From positions 5,472,001-5,536,000 of the forward strand of contig OZ240241.1 in NCBI GenBank assembly GCA_965198115.1: 64,000 nucleotides of DNA. The letters run 5' to 3'. The notes under the pieces are model-generated. The model ran no database searches, was not told the DNA's origin, and saw only the letters and a program-made list of their open reading frames with translations. The stretch is from Candidatus Latescibacterota bacterium. Its GTDB lineage: Bacteria > Latescibacterota > UBA2968. Numbering within the stretch: the first letter of the stretch is position 1; each line of letters starts with the position of its first letter. This document shows positions 1 through 10,021 of the stretch, in pieces. The position numbers and the translations under genes were made by a program.

Positions 1-1181
1 GTGTAACCGCCGTGACGGATCTCGGTCTCCTCGAACGTTCCCTCGTGCAAGCTCTTCACCGTCACTTCCGTCTCCAGCGGCTCCCCGTGTCGATCGTCCG
101 TTTTTCCACCCATCACGAGTGTCAATCGCGCACCCACACCGGCCGCTCTCGCCTGGTCCTGCGATTCTCGATCGAACAGACAGACGTGACCTGTCGTGTC
201 CGCCCGTCGATGGATCTCGTGGGCAATCAGCGTGCTATCCCCCGCTGACCCGCCTCCCACGTTGTCTCCCATATCGAGCAAGCAGACCGGACCTTCCGCT
301 CCCACGGCCTCCTCGACCGTTTCAGCCACCGTCTTGTACTCCCCGACGAATTCTTCCCGGTGCTCGAGCATGTAAGCCGTCAATTCATCGGCCAACCGCT
401 GGGCGAGCGCCGGATCGTCGTCCGTCACGACAATCGCCGACGACCCCATCTCCTCCACATCCGCATACGGAAAGCCGAGGACGATACTGTTGGACAATAC
501 CTCAGGACGCTCCAATTGCCCATCTGCGAGATCGTAGAGCGGCAAACACGGCCGATAGGATGTTCCCTGCCGTTCGATGTTGATCCCGAAGGGGGGGAAG
601 GATGCCCGATGGACCGGTCTGATTTCGCCTCGCAGAGTTCGAGCTATCAGATCGACGGCTTCGTGACCTCGCTCTTTCTGATCGAGATGCGGGTTCGATC
701 GGTAGGCAATCGTCGCATCGCACGATTCGACCATGCGTTCCGACAGATTCGCGTGTGGATCGATGACGCAGATGACCGGCACGTCGGATCCCACGCTCTC
801 CCGCAGTTTCGCCAACCAGAATCCATCCAGATCGCGATACGCTTCACCTTCACCCGCATTGGCGCCGTGCGGCGAAACCAGATACCCGTCGAGAGGCCCC
901 GCCTGAGCGAGCGCGTCGAACATCATTTCAACCAACGCTTCACACGTTTCCTTCGTGATCGTCCCCGACGGAGCGGTCGACGCGTGGAAAATCGGAACCG
1001 CATCGACATCAGCCTCCGAGAGCCCTTCCAGGAACCCCGTAATCTGATGAAGCCCACCCTCGAACGCGTCACGTACAGCCTCTCCGACGAACAGATTATC
1101 TCGCCTAAACGCCTCGATCGTCGTCGGCGTCACCGCAAACGTATTCGACTCGTGAATCAGGGAAATGATTCCAACGCGCAT
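1..1181 (-). CDS. M81 family metallopeptidase (MlrC-like), runs off window start
   Basis: Manual translation from ATG 1181: MRVGIISLIHESNTF... GFPYADVEEMGSS... DMGDNVGGGSAGDST, typical MlrC motifs. Absent from the ORF track because there is no stop in the window. Confidence 0.85.
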   Translation of the reverse strand, partial: MRVGIISLIHESNTFAVTPTTIEAFRRDNLFVGEAVRDAFEGGLHQITGFLEGLSEADVDAVPIFHASTAPSGTITKETCEALVEMMFDALAQAGPLDGYLVSPHGANAGEGEAYRDLDGFWLAKLRESVGSDVPVICVIDPHANLSERMVESCDATIAYRSNPHLDQKERGHEAVDLIARTLRGEIRPVHRASFPPFGINIERQGTSYRPCLPLYDLADGQLERPEVLSNSIVLGFPYADVEEMGSSAIVVTDDDPALAQRLADELTAYMLEHREEFVGEYKTVAETVEEAVGAEGPVCLLDMGDNVGGGSAGDSTLIAHEIHRRADTTGHVCLFDRESQDQARAAGVGARLTLVMGGKTDDRHGEPLETEVTVKSLHEGTFEETEIRHGGY

Positions 1182-1331
1182 AGAACTCTACACCAAGAAA
1201 TCGGGTCCTCGTGCTGCACCACCATCAGGTTTGGCAGTTGCGCTATACAAAGCGTCCCTGTGCACAGCACAGGGACGAGCTTTACGCGTTAGCAAATGGG
1301 TGGGACAGGACGGCAGTTCAATACTCGATTC

Positions 1332-2507
1332 TCAATCTTCGATTCTCAATTCCTCAACCGCTTTCCCCACCGCCTCCACCAGCCCGTCAATATGGCGCTC
1401 TTCCGTCGGCAGACAGATCGCGTTCATCGACATACCCTGTGACAGATAATATCCCTGCGTGACGAGCGACAGAAACACGGCTTTCGCCATTTCCTTGTCC
1501 GCCCGAGCCATATCGCGATAGGTACGCACCTGCTCCACCCCGAAGTGGATGCTGAACACGGACCCGGTGACGACGACGTGCGCGGTCACGTCCATTTTCT
1601 CGAACAGCGCATCCAGACCCTTCTTGAGCCGGATGCCCAGACCGTTCATGTGAACGTGTGCGTCGTCCGTCAGCTGCTCCATCGTCGCGAGTCCCGCCGC
1701 CATCGCAACCGCGTGCGAGCTGTGCGTACCGCTTTGGAAGACCGTCGCGGAACCTTTGGAGTTGTCCAGCTGATCCATCAGGTCCGCCCGCCCCCCGAAG
1801 GCGCCGACCGGAAACCCCCCACCGACGATCTTTCCGTAGCACGACAGATCCGGCTCGACACACGCAAGCTCGTCCCGGTGACGCGAAAGAAGGCGCTCGA
1901 TACTCTCCTCGTCGTCGTATGGCAGAACCACGACGTCTTCGTGGGCACGTGGGGCCATCCCACCGGCCGTCGGCACGGCATTAGGCTCATCGGCTTCGCC
2001 CGCGTCGTCGAGCGAGGGCGACGTGCTGACTTCGACCGCGTCGTGGCTCCCGTGATAGCCCCCCTCGAACTTGGCGATCTTCGGCTTGCCCGTGAACTGA
2101 CGCGCCAGCCTGATCGCGTGCAACGTCGCTTCCGTCCTCGAGTTGACGAAACGTACCCGCTCCACGGATTTAACGCGGTCGCACATATGCTGCGCCATCC
2201 GCGTCTCGATCCCCGTAGGACCGCCCAGCGCGATCCCCTCGCTCAACTGCGACCGGACCGCAATCACCACGGCCGGATGGTTGTGTCCCAGAACCTGAGC
2301 CGTGTGGTGGTTGCAGAAGTCGATATACGTCCGACCATCCACGTCGTCCAATTCGCAGCCCGAACCGCGGCGCCACGTTATTGGGTAGGGAGGGTAGAAA
2401 TACGCACCCTTCGACGCGCCCGCGTTGACTTCCCGTCCCTCCTCGAACAACTCCCGCGACGCTGGAGTCAGCTCCTGATACCGCGCTTCGATTGCCTTGA
2501 GCCCCAT
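1332..2507 (-). CDS. Class III PLP aminotransferase (GSA-aminomutase-like) with apparent internal deletion
   Basis: DVDGRTYIDF, LGHNHP, KFEGGYHG and YGKIVGGGFPVGAFGG are present; the IFDEV..GFR segment is missing. Confidence 0.8.
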   Translation of the reverse strand: MGLKAIEARYQELTPASRELFEEGREVNAGASKGAYFYPPYPITWRRGSGCELDDVDGRTYIDFCNHHTAQVLGHNHPAVVIAVRSQLSEGIALGGPTGIETRMAQHMCDRVKSVERVRFVNSRTEATLHAIRLARQFTGKPKIAKFEGGYHGSHDAVEVSTSPSLDDAGEADEPNAVPTAGGMAPRAHEDVVVLPYDDEESIERLLSRHRDELACVEPDLSCYGKIVGGGFPVGAFGGRADLMDQLDNSKGSATVFQSGTHSSHAVAMAAGLATMEQLTDDAHVHMNGLGIRLKKGLDALFEKMDVTAHVVVTGSVFSIHFGVEQVRTYRDMARADKEMAKAVFLSLVTQGYYLSQGMSMNAICLPTEERHIDGLVEAVGKAVEELRIED

Positions 2508-2563
2508 ATCCTCACCTCGGCCAATGCAGCGACCTTCTTTGGTCACTGGTCAATGGTCACCGG

Positions 2564-3307
2564 TCAATTCAATTTCAAAATTCGCTTGGCGTTTTCCCCA
2601 AGCACGAGGCGCTTCTCATCGTCACTGATGTCCGCCGTGATGATTTTCCCCAACTGAGAACGCGGGTCCATCAGCGGGATATCCGACCCGAACAACACGC
2701 GATCGGCGCCCGCCTCGTTTACCAGACGCTCGATCACACCCGGTTCCCTGAACGTCGAACACGTCTCGAGATAGACATTCGGGTTCGCCTGTGCCGCTTC
2801 GATCGACTGGGTCCGGTAGGGTTCCGAATTTCCCGAATGCCCGATCACGAATTGCACGTTCGGGAAGCGGGGTGCGATCTCCCCAACCTGCACTGGCTGA
2901 CACGTTGCTTCCTGACCCGTATGCGTGATCAGCGCCAGCCCGCGTTCATTCGCGAACGCATAGATCGGATCCCAGACCGATTCCGTCAGCAGCCACCGCG
3001 AATACGGCGGATAGATCTTGATGGCGGGGAACCCCAGCTCATCGATCGCCCGTTCGAGCTCGGGAACCATCCGCTCCGGCATCAGCGGCGAAACATACGC
3101 AAAGCCGATGAACCGATCCGGGTTCTTGGCCACGAAGTCAGCCGTCTCGTCATTGCCCGTCGTCCCGTCCGGATGGAAGATATTGAACAGACAGCTCTTG
3201 TCGATCCCCATCGCGTGGAGGAAGGCAGCCGGGTCGTCGTCCATCTCGTAGATGTCCCAACGTCCCGTGTGCCCGTGAAAATCAATGATTTCTTGCCCGT
3301 CAATCAT
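2564..3307 (-). CDS. Amidohydrolase family protein (TIM barrel)
   Basis: IDFHGH, HTG, IGHSG and LFGSDIP motifs. Confidence 0.85.
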   Translation of the reverse strand: MIDGQEIIDFHGHTGRWDIYEMDDDPAAFLHAMGIDKSCLFNIFHPDGTTGNDETADFVAKNPDRFIGFAYVSPLMPERMVPELERAIDELGFPAIKIYPPYSRWLLTESVWDPIYAFANERGLALITHTGQEATCQPVQVGEIAPRFPNVQFVIGHSGNSEPYRTQSIEAAQANPNVYLETCSTFREPGVIERLVNEAGADRVLFGSDIPLMDPRSQLGKIITADISDDEKRLVLGENAKRILKLN

Positions 3308-3459
3308 CTTCGCACCGATGGATCAAGATGGCTGTCATACTGCGTCGTCAGTTCGAGCGGAGTCGAGAACTCGGCCATCGTTTCAGGTTCGAGCCGAATC
3401 TGTTTTCGTGTGCGGTCCATCAGGTAGCCGCGTAAGTGACGTATCGAGAGTGGCCCCAC
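3304..3459 (-). CDS. Possible 51-aa small protein
   Basis: Fills the gap between two amidohydrolase genes. GTG lies 3 nt after the upstream stop and its TGA overlaps the next ATG (ATGA). No recognisable motif. Confidence 0.25.
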   Translation of the reverse strand: MGPLSIRHLRGYLMDRTRKQIRLEPETMAEFSTPLELTTQYDSHLDPSVRR

Positions 3460-3462
3460 GCT

Positions 3463-4215
3463 TTATGCCTTCTCAAGTATCCGTTCCAGATTCCCCGCAC
3501 AAATCGCCGCCAAATCCTTCTCGTCAATGGACAACTGATTCAGCATATACAGCATCGGACCCATCGCATACCGCGGGAAGTAGGTTCCATAGATCAGACG
3601 TTCTGCTCCGATCTCATCGACGAGCCGCTCGATTCCTCTGAGGTTTTCGTATCGACTCAGCTCGAGCACCGCGTGTGGGAGGACTCGCAGCATCGGGCGC
3701 AGCACCAGGCTGTGCGAGTAATGCCCGCCGACGAGGACGAGGCGAAGGTTGGGATAATGTTGGAGCGTCTCGACGACCTCGGTCGATGGGGTATCCGCCA
3801 GCGACATCCACAGTGGAATACCTTGATCCACAAGCCAGGAAAGAGCATCACCGTAGACCCACTGGACGAACGGCAGCCGTGACATCTCGGTACTGTGGAA
3901 TCGAACGCTCGACACGAGACCGGCGGCGTGCAGTTCCTCGATATGGCGAAGCGAGTCTGCATCGGGTCCGATCACCTGCTGGGGGACGAGGCCGCTATTC
4001 CCTTCAGTCCACCGCGCCACCGACTCGTTTCCGCGAATCGCGCTGACCAGCTCACCCTCACACGCATACACCACCGCCCGATCGACCCCGTGACGGTTCA
4101 TCTCGGCCAGAAGCTGCTCGGGTCCGTCGTACGGGTAGGCCCGATCCTTACGATGGCCGACCCCGATGTTCGCGTCGAAAGTCGGCACGCGGGATTTGAA
4201 GCTCAAACCTGACAT
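3463..4215 (-). CDS. Amidohydrolase family protein, degenerate metal site
   Basis: RHGVDRAVV and GAERLIYGTYFP; the HxH motif is replaced by DANIG. Confidence 0.75.
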   Translation of the reverse strand: MSGLSFKSRVPTFDANIGVGHRKDRAYPYDGPEQLLAEMNRHGVDRAVVYACEGELVSAIRGNESVARWTEGNSGLVPQQVIGPDADSLRHIEELHAAGLVSSVRFHSTEMSRLPFVQWVYGDALSWLVDQGIPLWMSLADTPSTEVVETLQHYPNLRLVLVGGHYSHSLVLRPMLRVLPHAVLELSRYENLRGIERLVDEIGAERLIYGTYFPRYAMGPMLYMLNQLSIDEKDLAAICAGNLERILEKA

Positions 4216-4278
4216 AGGCCACAAGATCGCTTTCAATCAAGCCAACGTCCAATAAAGTTTCATTGGCGCGAGCAACAG

Positions 4279-4312
4279 AAAAAGGCCGCCAGAACAAGTC
4301 ATTCTGACGGCC
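4279..4312 (-). terminator. Intrinsic terminator
   Basis: Minus strand GGCCGTCAGAA-loop-TTCTGGCGGCC followed by TTTTT. Confidence 0.7.
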
Positions 4313-4335
4313 CTCTGCGTTTCGGACAGTGTCTG

Positions 4336-4655
4336 CTAATTCCCAACGTGGTCCCTTGGTCGAAGGTAGTTCCCCTGGCCCAAAGAATTCAGAACGTGAT
4401 ACTCCCACGTGTCCCAGATAGCCCAATCAGGATCGCCCCGGTATCGCGGGTCTGATTCGTGGACGATCTGGTAATTGTAATGGTCGTTCCCGCTGTATCC
4501 CGAACACCGAATGTGATTCTGGATCCAACCGGAGTCCAGAAACGGATCGTTATCGAACTGGCCGCGATAGTTAATCACATAGTCGCAGATGTCAAGCGTG
4601 GCCGCATCGAGCTCTTCGATGGATCCGACAGTGCCCTGAATGCGACCATCACCTA
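4336..4655 (-). pseudogene. 3' remnant of a hypothetical protein truncated by IS630
   Basis: Frame is open from the IS junction (LGDGRIQGTVGSIEELDAATLDICDYVINYRGQF...) to the stop at 4336, followed by a terminator. The 5' part is absent. Confidence 0.6.
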
Positions 4656-5494
4656 GTGTCTCGTCTCAGGAATAACTAGAAAAATTCGTGATACAGTCGT
4701 AAGGTTCCTCAGGCACTCATTGTGAGGAGGAACCGATGGCAAGAGGTCGTCCGTTACAACCACTGAACATCAGTGATGAAGTCCGCGATCAACTCCAGTC
4801 GTTGTCCGGTTCGCGCAGCATGCCTCACGCTCTGGTGCGTCGGGCGAAGATCGTCCTGCTGAGCGATGGTGGTCTGACCAATCAGGAGATCGCCGAACGA
4901 GTCGGGTTGTCCGGAGCGTCCGTTGGCAAATGGCGCCGTCGCTTCTGCGAGCAAGGCTTGATGGGACTGTATGACGAGTTACGTCCTGGTGGTCCGCGGT
5001 CCGTTAGCGACGAAGAGATCTCCTCACTCATCTACAAGACGCTCAAGAAGAAGCCGAAGAGTGCCACCCACTGGACCTGTCGAGCGATGGCCGATGAGAC
5101 GGGCCTCTCAAAGTCCACAGTGCAACGTGTATGGAGAGCCTTTGGACTGCAGCCGCATCGTCAGAAGCACTTCAAGCTGTCGAACGATCCCTTCTTCGTC
5201 GAGACAGTCAGGGATATCGTCGGTTTATACCTGAACCCGCCGGACAACGCAATGGTGCTCTGCATAGACGAGAAGAGCCAGATTCAAGCACTCGAACGGA
5301 CGCAACCGATTCTCCCTTTGGGCCTCGGGTATGTCGAGGGCGTCACTCACAGCTATACACGGCACGGCACGACTACCCTCTTTGCGGCGCTCAACATCGC
5401 ATCAGGAAAAGTCCTGACTCAGTGCAAGCCCAGACATCGCAACAGAGAGTTCCTTCAGTTCCTCAAGCACATTGACAAAAACGTCCCAAAGGAT
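4656..5494 (+). mobile_element. IS630-family element, truncated by IS256
   Basis: Begins at a CTAG (TA target): TA|GTGTCTCGTC. No right end is present. Confidence 0.85.
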
Positions 5495-5503
5495 GAGCTA
5501 TAA
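4736..5503 (+). pseudogene. IS630 transposase, C-terminally truncated
   Basis: HTH, THWTCRAMA, LCIDEKSQIQALER and YTRHGTTTLFAAL; ends before the second catalytic Asp and the Glu. Confidence 0.85.
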
Positions 5504-6868
5504 TCAAAAGGTGTGGAAAAAGAGAAAGGGCGACCCTACCCTTCCCGTGAGATAGTTGATTCACACAAAACCGGGTGAGAGGCCCGGTTGGGAAGGAGGA
5601 TCGCCGTGAAGGAACATACGCATAGAGCCCCATTGAAGTCCATGCCGACGTGGGAGACGGTTGACGATTGGATCCGTGAAGAGATCCAAGGCCGGTTCCA
5701 GTCCATTCTGGAGGAGGAGGCGACCGCGTTCTTGGGCCGGTCGTGGTATGAGCGCCGAGCCGAGGTCGATAGCTCCACGGGCTACAGGAACGGCTACGGC
5801 AAGCCCCGGCGTCTCTCGACGAGCTGCGGAACGATCAAGGTCCGGCGTCCCCGGGTTCGTGGTCTGGAAGAGCGGTTTGAAAGCCGCATCCTCCCCCTGT
5901 TCGCCCGGAGAACCAGGGCCATTGGAGATCTGCTTCCCGACCTTTATCTCCACGGTCTCTCCCAGGGCGACTTCGAGTTGTCTTTGCGTGCGCTGCTCGG
6001 TGATGGCGCGCCGCTTTCGCCGACCTCGATCGCTCGTCTTCGAGGGAAGTGGGAGGTCGACTTCCAGGACTGGAAAGAAAGGCGTCTGGATAATCGCGAA
6101 CTGGTCTACGCCTGGGCTGATGGCATCTACGTCAAAGCCGGGCTCGAGCGCGAGAAGGCGTGTCTGCTGGTCGTGATCGGCGCGATGAGCGACGGCAGCA
6201 AGGAGATCCTGGCGATAGAACCCGGTTATCGAGAGTCTACAGAATCCTGGCTCACGGTGCTACGGGATCTCCGGGATCGCGGGCTCGAACATCCTGTCCT
6301 GATCGCCGCGGACGGGAATATGGGCATCTGGGCGGCCGTTGATCAGGTCTGGCCAGAGAGCCGGCAACAACGGTGCTGGAACCACAAGATCCTCAACGTG
6401 CTCGACAAGGTCGCCAAGCGTGCACAGGCTGAAGCCCGCGCACTGCTCGTCCAGATCCCCTATGCCGGCACGAAAAAGGAGGCCGAGAAGCTCCGGAAAC
6501 GCTTTGCCGCACGGTATCGCTCACAGTTCCCTGCCGCCGTGGAGACGCTCGAAAGAGACTGGGATCGGATGGTCACGTTCTACGACTTCCCGAAGGAACA
6601 CTGGAAACACCTGAGAACCACGAACGTCGTCGAGAGCCCCTTTGCTTCCGTTCGGCTTCGCACAAACGCCGCCAGGCGATTCAAGAAAGTCAGGAACGCC
6701 ACGGCTCTCATCTGGCGTACGCTCAAGGTCGCAGAGAGCCGATTCAGGAAACTCACCGCGCCACACTTGCTACAACAAGTCTACGATCAGAAACACTCAA
6801 CCGGACCGCAGGTCGAAACCGGGAAGATGGCCGCCTGATTTCTTTTACACACCTATTGACCTGAGCTC
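5495..6868 (+). mobile_element. IS256-family element
   Basis: Terminal IRs GAGCTATAATCAAAAGGTGTGGAAAA vs GAGCTCAGGTCAATAGGTGTGTAAAA (20/26 match). No target duplication. Confidence 0.9.
5588..6838 (+). CDS. IS256 (mutator) transposase
   Basis: YRNGY, WADGIY, ADG, QRCWNH and LRTTNVVES motifs. Confidence 0.93.
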   Translation: MGRRIAVKEHTHRAPLKSMPTWETVDDWIREEIQGRFQSILEEEATAFLGRSWYERRAEVDSSTGYRNGYGKPRRLSTSCGTIKVRRPRVRGLEERFESRILPLFARRTRAIGDLLPDLYLHGLSQGDFELSLRALLGDGAPLSPTSIARLRGKWEVDFQDWKERRLDNRELVYAWADGIYVKAGLEREKACLLVVIGAMSDGSKEILAIEPGYRESTESWLTVLRDLRDRGLEHPVLIAADGNMGIWAAVDQVWPESRQQRCWNHKILNVLDKVAKRAQAEARALLVQIPYAGTKKEAEKLRKRFAARYRSQFPAAVETLERDWDRMVTFYDFPKEHWKHLRTTNVVESPFASVRLRTNAARRFKKVRNATALIWRTLKVAESRFRKLTAPHLLQQVYDQKHSTGPQVETGKMAA

Positions 6869-7351
6869 CAACTAAAATGAGTGCGCCTGACTCCAACAGT
6901 GTGTCAAATCAGCTTCCCCCAAACACAGTCGCGAACCGGAGAAAGTCCGCGAAATCGACCCGACCGCTTTCATCCAGATCGAACAGCTCCTCTGTGGAAC
7001 CGAATGCGGGCGCAAAAAGGAGGAAATCATTGAAGTCGACGCCCCCGCTTGCGTCGAAATCTCCGGTTCTCGGTTCTTCTATCGAGCCCACCAATGACAG
7101 GACCATTTCGATCGTGCGGTCGATCTGAGGTCGACTCCTCGGACTCTCGAACCGCAGGATCCCCTCGGGATCCACCACCCACAGTCCATCGACCGCCCCC
7201 TTCGAAAGCACACCCAGGGCGTCAGACGCTCTCATCAACAGCGGGAAACTGACTTGCGTCACCTGCTGGTAGAGCCTCAGCTGTGTCGCACTCCCATTCC
7301 ACACGTCCATACCCAACACCTGGATCTTCCGGGAGTCGATGGCGTTCCAGA

Positions 7352-7394
7352 TCTGCGATTCTACGGACGGACCCGTCCCGAAGCAGAGGTGTCA
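7352..7394 (-). promoter_or_regulatory. Sec UGA codon plus bacterial SECIS element
   Basis: UGA-CACCUCUGCUUCG-GGACG-GGUC-CGUCC-GUAGAAUCGCAGA; apical loop at +19..+22 after the UGA. Confidence 0.8.
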
Positions 7395-7474
7395 GTCGTA
7401 GCCCATCAAGTAGAGAACCAGAACTTTGCCCCTGAACTCAGACGGCGTGTAGATCTCGCCATCGAGGGCCCTTA

Positions 7475-8768
7475 GGGTTTGCCACGAAATAAGTGCTGCA
7501 CTTTTCAAGGTAATGATCTTACGCTCGGAGTGTGGACGTCGAAACTCTCCGAACGAAGTATGAAGCCTTGGCTCCGGTGCTGACGGAACGCACGCGTCGT
7601 CTGTGGGCCGCCACGGAAGCCGAAGCGTTGGGTCACGGTGGGATCGCGATTGTGGCTCTGGCGACAGGAATGTCCAGAGAGCGGATCTTTCGTGGCATTC
7701 AGGAGTTGAGGTCGGACGAACCTTTGGACCCGGCTCGCATCCGGCGTCCAGGCGGCGGTCGTAAGCGGAAGGCCGACACGGACCCGACGCTGTGGCAGGA
7801 CCTGAATGATCTGGTCGAGCCAACGACTGCGGGGTCGCCTGACGACAATCCTCTGAGATGGACATCGAAGAGCACTCGCAAACTGGCCGCCGAGTTGCAA
7901 GCGATGGGGCATTCGGTGAGCCCCAGGATCGTTGCCAATCTCCTGCACGAACACGATTACACGCTGCAGGCGAATCGGAAGACAAGGGAGGGATCTGCAC
8001 ACCCGGATCGGGACGCTCAGTTCGTTTACCTCGATGATCGGATTAGCCAGCAGCAGCAGCAGGGCCTTCCCGTTATCTCGGTGGACACCAAGAAGAAAGA
8101 GTTGATCGGCGACTTCAAGAATCCTGGCCGAGAATGGCGACCCAAGGGAGACCCGGAGCGTGTGAAGGTACACGATTTCATAGTGCCTGCTCAGGGCAAG
8201 GCGATCCCTTATGGAGTGTATGATCTGAGCCGTGATGAAGGCTGGGTAAGTGTCGGTATCGATCACGACACGGCCAGCTTCGCCGTGAATGCGATCCGAA
8301 GTTGGTGGAAGAACATGGGACGGCCCGCCTACGGCACTTCGACGCATCTGCTAATCACGGCGGACGCAGGCGGCAGCAACGGCGCCAAGACGCGGCTGTG
8401 GAAGTGGGAGCTGCAGCGCTTTGCGAATCGCACTGGCCTGACGATCACCGTATGCCACTACCCTCCTGGCACTAGTAAGTGGAACAAGATCGAACATCGC
8501 CTGTTCTCCTTCATCGCTATGAACTGGCGAGGCAAGCCCCTGGTCAGCCTGGCTGCAACCGTGAATCTCATTGCCGGAACGACCACTCAAGCCGGTCTCC
8601 GAGTACGCTCCGAGATCGACAAGCGACCCTACCCTAACGGGGTCAAGGTGACCGATGAACAGATGACCCAAATCGATCTCACTCCGCACGATTTCCACGG
8701 CGACTGGAACTACACGATCCGGCCAATGGCTCAACATTGAGATCGACCGTTTATTTATTCGCGAACCC
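7475..8768 (+). mobile_element. ISAzo13-family element, copy 1
   Basis: Ends GGGTTTGCC...GCGAACCC; TTA duplicated at 7472-7474 and 8769-8771. Confidence 0.92.
7532..8740 (+). CDS. ISAzo13 transposase
   Basis: LRWTSKS, ISVDTKKKELIG, TADAGGSNG, PPGTSKWNKIEHRLF and FHGDWNY motifs. Confidence 0.95.
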   Translation: MDVETLRTKYEALAPVLTERTRRLWAATEAEALGHGGIAIVALATGMSRERIFRGIQELRSDEPLDPARIRRPGGGRKRKADTDPTLWQDLNDLVEPTTAGSPDDNPLRWTSKSTRKLAAELQAMGHSVSPRIVANLLHEHDYTLQANRKTREGSAHPDRDAQFVYLDDRISQQQQQGLPVISVDTKKKELIGDFKNPGREWRPKGDPERVKVHDFIVPAQGKAIPYGVYDLSRDEGWVSVGIDHDTASFAVNAIRSWWKNMGRPAYGTSTHLLITADAGGSNGAKTRLWKWELQRFANRTGLTITVCHYPPGTSKWNKIEHRLFSFIAMNWRGKPLVSLAATVNLIAGTTTQAGLRVRSEIDKRPYPNGVKVTDEQMTQIDLTPHDFHGDWNYTIRPMAQH

Positions 8769-9001
8769 TTAGTGCAAACTGAGGCACCGGCTCTCCGACA
8801 TCGGCAGCAATCGGGGTCGACAACAGGACAGCAACGAGCAGACTGCTCAAAAAACGTCGACTGCACAGCTTCATAGGCCATCATCCATTCCCCCGGCATT
8901 CATGGGAACGGTAGAAGAATACGCCTCGTGGTTGGAGATATCAACTCGGCAGGCCACAAGGGCGAAGCCGTCGTCCGCCCACCGCCGACAGCCGATCGGC
9001 T

Positions 9002-10005
9002 TCACCGCCATACGTAGTCCGGTTCCCCTTCATCAAAACGCTGCGCCGAAGCCATCATCGCTGCCAGGTCGCCCTTCGGCCGGTAGCCGATCAACGATTT
9101 AGCCTTCCCGATGGCGTGGTCGTAAATGGATCGGACCGGCAATCTGATCTCCAACGGATCCATTTGTTTGATCTCGCCAAGCAGTCCGGCGCCCTCCGTA
9201 AACGAAAGGGCGCAGGCGCACCGCCGTTGAACGCTTCCCCCAGAGCGGCGTTTGACTCGACCGCGCAAACGAGGCAATGCGCGATGTCCCGGGCGTCGTT
9301 CGGCTGATACATCCACGGTCTGCCGTCCAGATCGGTGACCGCACACGGCTGATCCGGGCCTGACGCGGCTTCTTCCACCTGATGCCACAACTCGGTCCCA
9401 TCCGCCATATAGAGCTCGGTCCCCGGTCGTTGTCCGCGCTGCAGCAGTGACACGACGCGGGCAACCGTGAACTGTCCGTAGATCTTCGTCTCCGACAGAA
9501 CGTGACTCGGCCGCACGATCGAGATCCTGAGCCCCGTTTCTCGCGCCGTCCGCTCCGCCAGCAACTCGCCGATGTACTTCGAAAGAGAATATTCGTTGTC
9601 CGGACGCTTCGGATGAAGCTCGTCCACCGGATGGTAGGCGCAGGCGATATTCTCGCCGTTGTTGGGATAAACACCGGACGACGAAACGTAGACGTAGCGG
9701 TCCAGCTTGTCCGCGAACTCGCCGCACGCACGCGCCACCTGCAAATTGGTCGTGACGTTGTTTTCAAAATGCGGTCCCACGAGATTGGCCGTATGAATAA
9801 CCGCATCGACGCCGTCGACCGCTTCCGTCACGAAGTCGAGATCGGTCAAATCACCTTCACGACGCTCGATATCCAGACCCGCGATACGATCCGCGGCCGG
9901 GTCATCGGGCAACAGCGTCCCGCGAATCTCGTTGTTCCCGACCAACAGCTGGCGCACCAGCCGGCATCCGACCTGACCCGCGACACCCGTGATCAGAATC
10001 TTCAT
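9002..10005 (-). CDS. NAD-dependent epimerase/dehydratase (frameshift near 9200)
   Basis: ILITGVAGQVG, SSSGVY and YSLSK; the C-terminus (KAKSLIGYRP) continues in another frame to 9002. Confidence 0.85.
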
Positions 10006-10021
10006 CGTTGCCTCTCCTTCG

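Larger units (their letters stand above)
6909..8874 (-). pseudogene. Secreted TlpA/redoxin-like selenoprotein (UxxC) with dockerin/EF-hand-like tail, split by ISAzo13
   Basis: Joining 8874-8770 to 7472-6909 gives a 222-aa frame: signal peptide, VGEPVPQFALRALDG...FRGKVLVLYLMGYD[TGA]HLC, then two DFDxSGxVDFxDF-type repeats. Confidence 0.85.

Noticed and set aside
360-1292. Long antisense or alternate-frame ORFs (e.g. 360-1292, 1545-2657, 7505-8347, 44333-45238, 58737-59696)
   Set aside because: Shadows of well-supported genes on the opposite strand in GC-rich DNA, with no motifs.
7392-8000. 202-aa minus-strand ORF as a real gene
   Set aside because: It is a chimera of antisense IS sequence and 26 codons of the selenoprotein, and its stop is the Sec UGA.
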